From positions 109,994 through 173,993 of the forward strand of contig NW_003314396.1 in assembly GCF_000143415.4 (NCBI RefSeq): 64,000 nt of DNA. The letters run 5' to 3'. The notes under the pieces were generated by a model, which had not been told where the DNA came from, searched no databases, and was given only the letters and a program-made list of their open reading frames with translations. Position numbers and translations under genes: made by a program. Below are positions 59,321 through 64,000 of the stretch, in pieces (positions within the stretch are counted from its first letter, which is position 1; each line of letters begins with the position of its first letter). This DNA comes from Selaginella moellendorffii (lineage: Eukaryota; Plantae; Lycopodiophyta).

Positions 59321-60009
59321 GGAAAGTAGTTCCCACATGTTTAAAGGGTTAGCTTTGAAAGAAAGTTGATATTTAAAGACTTTTATGTTTACGTATGAAA
59401 CCATATTATACTGATTGAGTGACTTACTAAGTGAGATTGGAAAGTTGGAGGAACAAGGACTCTAGTTGAAGATCTTGACTTTAAGAGGGATGGCCTTTAG
59501 GGCAAAACATGGAGTCAATGCATGATCATGAACTAGTCAACAAACTTGTTAAGTGAGAGGACTTAAAAGTTCAGAGGAACTACGTCCCTAAGCTGTGATC
59601 CATAGCACATATTGGGTATAAATTGGTGCACTTGTATGAGGAGATAGTGCATGAGAAGACACGCCAGGCATCCTAGATGATGCCATCTATAGATGTATAT
59701 ATAGAGGTTGAGTTTGGTAAATATTTGTATATATTCCCCATATCTTTTAGGGACTAAAAAAGTACAAGGCAAAACTCAAGTGAAACTCTCTTGAGTATGG
59801 AAGTCCTAGTGCTACTCATGGTCCCTCTGCCTAATGAGTGACTCCTCTGGGAAGTTAGAGCCATCCACTATGCTTTAGGGAACACAAGACTCCTCCTAGG
59901 GTGCTCCTCCTCTCAACTACCAAGATACTAAGCCATTTTCCATTTGACTGGCTTCTCTGATGCCACATCATGATGAGCTTCACCTACCTTGAGGTATGAC
60001 CAACGTAAG

Positions 60010-60078
60010 TGTCGCGAATGTGACTTCAGGTATCGAAAGTGACCTATCGGCCAGTCCTTACAGACACTCTTTCCTTAC
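60010..60078 (+). repeat. Start of a family B LTR running into the gap
   Basis: TGTCGCGAATGTGACTTC is the reverse complement of 5244-5261. Confidence 0.8.
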
Positions 60079-60178
60079 NNNNNNNNNNNNNNNNNNNNNN
60101 NNNNNNNNNNNNNNNNNNNNNNNNNNNNNNNNNNNNNNNNNNNNNNNNNNNNNNNNNNNNNNNNNNNNNNNNNNNNNN
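60079..60178. other. Assembly gap (100 N)
   Basis: Run of N. Confidence 1.
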
Positions 60179-61600
60179 GGGGGAGGGTGAATATGCTCTA
60201 GATCTGAAAATTGGTAAGGATTGTTGCTGCTAGACGTCTATATGCAGATATGAGAGAGAATTTGTTGAAGATGTTACTGCTATCATTATAGGAAAAATAA
60301 AGGGCCTTGTTGATATCATTGCTTGTACTTGCTGCTGCTGCAAATTCTCACACTGGACACAAGCTTCCAAACACACAATTAAATTAAGAACTAACCTGAA
60401 ACCTTTGATCCCCAAGAAGGCTCATGAGCAAAGTCATGAGTAAGGATAGGCTTAGCATCGCTTGAGTACTCTAGATTTTGAGCATGTGGACGTGCATTGA
60501 TGATGGAAGGCTAGAATACAAAAGAGATAGGGATACGATTTGAGTGCTAACTCACCCCCTTAAATAGTCCTATGTGGTGGCAACTGCCACTTCTTCCTAT
60601 TCCTGAGTCTCCAGGTTTGAGTCTCAAGACTTAGGATGATGCTTCTAAATGCAAGGTTGATTTCCTTTGCTCCACTTTTCTCCCACAACTGAGTTGAGTT
60701 TCGTCTCAAAGCTCTCACTACTCCATTGCATCAGGCTGTTTCGTTGCTGTTGCGACTTCAAAGAGCTCACTCTTGAACTTGTTGAGTTTCCATTGGAACT
60801 CATCGTCATCGTCGTTGTGATGACTCCCGTTGTCATCATCCATGACAACGGGTTGCTGCTCTGCTTTAAGCTGTCAAATCTTGTTGTGAAGCTCTGCATT
60901 CTCCTTGGAGAGTTCCTTGTTCATGCACTGAGTCTCTGTACATACAAATCCCTAGAAAGCCATACCTTGAATGCTCCTCTTAAGCTAGAGAATGTCGCTC
61001 TAGATTTTTGTGAGCTTCGCATCAAGGGGCTGGTAGATAATGGCATTGATCATAGCCTAAACTCCATCTTGCATAAAAACACTCATCTGCTCATCGTGGA
61101 AAAGCCTCGCAAAATCTTGTTGTATCGGCATCTGTGGCATTGGCTGGAGACACTGCATTTCATCCACAAACTGGAAAAATGCTGAGCTTAAGATCTGGTG
61201 TGGAAGCTCAGGCTCACGGTGTCACTTGTTCACTTGAGTATTGAAATGAACAAAAGAGTGAACCCTAGGCCAACCTCCCAACCCTTAAGGTGTTACAGCC
61301 ATAGGCCATGGGAATATTCTGTAGAATATTCCCATGGTTCGTGGTCATTCTCCCCTCCCTCATAACCCAGCCACATACGGCAGCCTTGAGAAGCTAAACC
61401 AGCCTCACATGAAAGGAGTCCAAAGCAATACGGCCATGGAGAAAAGACGTGCAAATGGCAACACCAACATTGCAACAAACGGCCACAAAAGAAAGAAAGC
61501 AATATAGCTTTCTCACATGACAATACGGTCATGGAAACAAGAGGATGAGAATAGAACAAATGGCTCTAATCATATAGCAATACAGTTATAGAATTCAATT

Positions 61601-63928
61601 CTCCCCTTCCTCAGGAATGGCATCCAAGTCATAACCAAAACTCGGAAACACTCTCTTCACGTTGTCCTCAACTTCCCATGTAGCTTTGTCCATGGAATAA
61701 CCATTCCATTGAACTAACAACTCCCTAGTTATCTTCTGGCGTATTTTCACCAATCTTTGAGCAAGAATATTGGCTAGACCAGCCTTCTCTACATCAATCT
61801 TTGGGACTTGGATGATGGATTAATCCATGACATCACCAGAGTGCAAGCACGCTTTAAGCTTGCTCACATGGAATGTTGGATGAATCTTCAAACTAGCTGG
61901 CAAGTCCAAAGTGTATGCAAGATCGCCCATACCCTGTAAAATTGTCCAAGGCCCACAATACTGTGGACACAACTTAGCACTGCCACCTCCTTTCAGAGAC
62001 TGTTGTGCATCCGACAACTTAAGGAAAACCTTGTCACCAACTTTGTACTCTTGATGACGACGATGCTCATTAGCCAATCTTTTATCTCGCTCTTGAGTTT
62101 GTCTTATGTTCAATTTTGCCAACTCAAACTGGTCTTGCATATCCTCTAGGAAATCACAAGTATGAGGTACCCGAACCAAAGCCAAATTCAAACTCACAAG
62201 AGACCTAGGCTCATAGCCATACATCGCCATAAAGGGAGACATGCCAATAGTTGATTGATGAGCACTATTGTGAGTAAACTGAAGCAAAGGCAAGTACTTT
62301 TCCCATACTCCCTGTTGAGTTAAGTTTCCCACAAAAGACCTTAGCATATCTTCTAATAGCTGATTCATGCACTCTATCTGCCCATCAAATTGTGGATGCT
62401 CACCACTACTCATACTCAGCTTAGTCTCTAACTTCTCAAAGACCATTTGCCAAAACTTGGACGTGAACTTGGGATCCCGATCACTCACAATGTCACCTAG
62501 CAAACCATAGAGACTGAATAACCAGTCTACAAACAGCTGAGCAAGTTCAGAAGCTTTGATCGTCGTCTTCACGGGGAAGAACCGAGCCATCTTCATCAAA
62601 TGATCCACAACAACCCAAATAGCATCATTTCCTTGAAAGGTTTTGGGCAAACTAGTGATAAAGTCCATCAAGATGCTATCCCACTTATTCTCAGATACAC
62701 GTAAAGGATGATAGAGGCCAGAGAGCTTCTGATGATCAACTTTGACCACCTGGCAAGTCAAACAACCACGTACGTGCTTTTCAACATTTGACTTCATCCC
62801 AAGCCAAAAGAAATGCCTCTTCACCAACATATACGTTCTCAATACCCCCGGATGCCCAGCATTTGACACATCATGACACTCAACAAAAATCCATTTGATG
62901 AGTTTGTCAACACGAGGAACCACTACATGTCCCTTCTTCACTAGGATTCCATCTCAAATTTCAAATGACTCAAACTTGTCACCCTTCAAATCCATAGAGG
63001 CATCCCTCAATAAAACCTTCGCATGAATATTAGTGATAAAGGAGTCGAAGTCAGCAAACTTCTTAAGCTCATCCAAGAGAACGTTGGATAGCTTCATGAA
63101 CGAGATAGAATTTACCATCCTGGATAATGCATCAGCCACCTTATTGTCACCTCCATGCTTGTACTGAATCTTAACAGACATTTCCTATAAGAACTCTTGC
63201 CAACGAGCAAGGCGGCCTCGAAGATCCTTTTGTCGACTGAAATATTGGAGAGACTAATGGTCTGAATCCACATAGAAGTCCAATCCATACAGATAATATT
63301 GCCATTCCTTCACAATAGCAATCACAGCATACAACTCCTTGTCTCAAGTAGGCCAATTCCACTATATGGCATCAAACTTATGGCTCATGTACACAAAAGG
63401 ATGCCCAACTTGAAGCAATATGGCTCTAATAGCAATGTCACTTGCATCTATCTCGACCACAAGAGGCTTTTCAGGATCAAAAATCTTCAACACTGGAGCA
63501 GAGATACAACACTACTTCCAATATTGAAATGCCACTTCACACTTCTCATCCCAACCATGAATAGTAGCACGTTTAGATGTGTTCTGGAGAAGATCAGTCA
63601 AAGGGGCTGCTATCCCTGAAAAGTCCTTCACAAATCATCAAAAAACTCTAGCCATACCAAGGAAACTATGGAGATCAGGCATTGTTGAAGGTATAAGCCA
63701 ATCAACCATGGCCTAAATCTTTGCAGGATAAGCTCTCACTCCATGTACTGAAATCAAATGCCCGAGACATCCAATCTCCTCTAAAAAGTACTCGCACTTT
63801 GATAACTTCGAATAGAGCTTGTTATCCCTCAAAAGTTGTAAAAGACTTTGCACATGCACCTCATGTTCCTCTACAGAAGAGCTGAATACCAGGATATCAT
63901 TAAAATAATCAATTGCAAACTTTCCCAA
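61601..63928 (-). pseudogene. Degenerate chromovirus pol of another family (RT, RNase H, integrase 61820-62941, chromodomain, PPT ~61601-61612); no introns
   Basis: YFNDILVFS, VADALSR, HPG...CLTCQ, MDFIT, SDRD, HPQFDGQIE, YCGPW, FHVSKLK, LLVQWNGY...ATWE; PPT GAGGAAGGGGAG. Confidence 0.9.
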
Positions 63929-64000
63929 GTAAGGTTATAGAACTCGTATTTGTCAAGGCAAATGGCATCACCAAAAACTCGTAGTGACCTATCCTTGTCT

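Noticed and set aside
60179-61590. Gene or LTR calls in this interval (ORFs 60645-60899, 60667-61185; possible 300-bp LTR 61291-61590)
   Set aside because: No recognisable motifs and no second LTR copy in the window to confirm boundaries.

Overview
Repeat-dense eukaryotic DNA, most likely a land plant. It has CCCTAAA motifs, tRNA-iMet-primed Ty3/gypsy chromoviruses and very short 46-56 nt GT-AG introns; a small-intron lineage such as a lycophyte is a guess. No intact host gene is evident; the window is a nest of transposons. Main observation 1: a ~21 kb TIR-bounded DNA transposon (18764-39925, ~13.3 kb without its nested retroelement). It carries a DDE-type transposase gene and a divergently transcribed multi-exon cargo gene whose product reads as ParB/Srx-like domain + degenerate beta-class amino-methyltransferase-like domain + acidic linker + FCP1-type HAD phosphatase. 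More than 20 copies of one 22-bp palindrome (ATGGCRTGWGGCCWCAYGCCAT) are scattered across this element, several inside its tiny introns. Main observation 2: a full-length chromovirus LTR retrotransposon (26453-34285, TSD GTGGG) whose integrase is split by two frame-breaking spliceosomal-type introns that also occur in diverged copies of the family. The window start is a rearranged second copy of the DNA transposon. Two further LTR families (B and C, apparently non-coding) share cis-elements with family A. Degenerate gypsy pol fragments and two assembly gaps make up the rest. Domain and superfamily names come from motif recognition by eye, not from searches.
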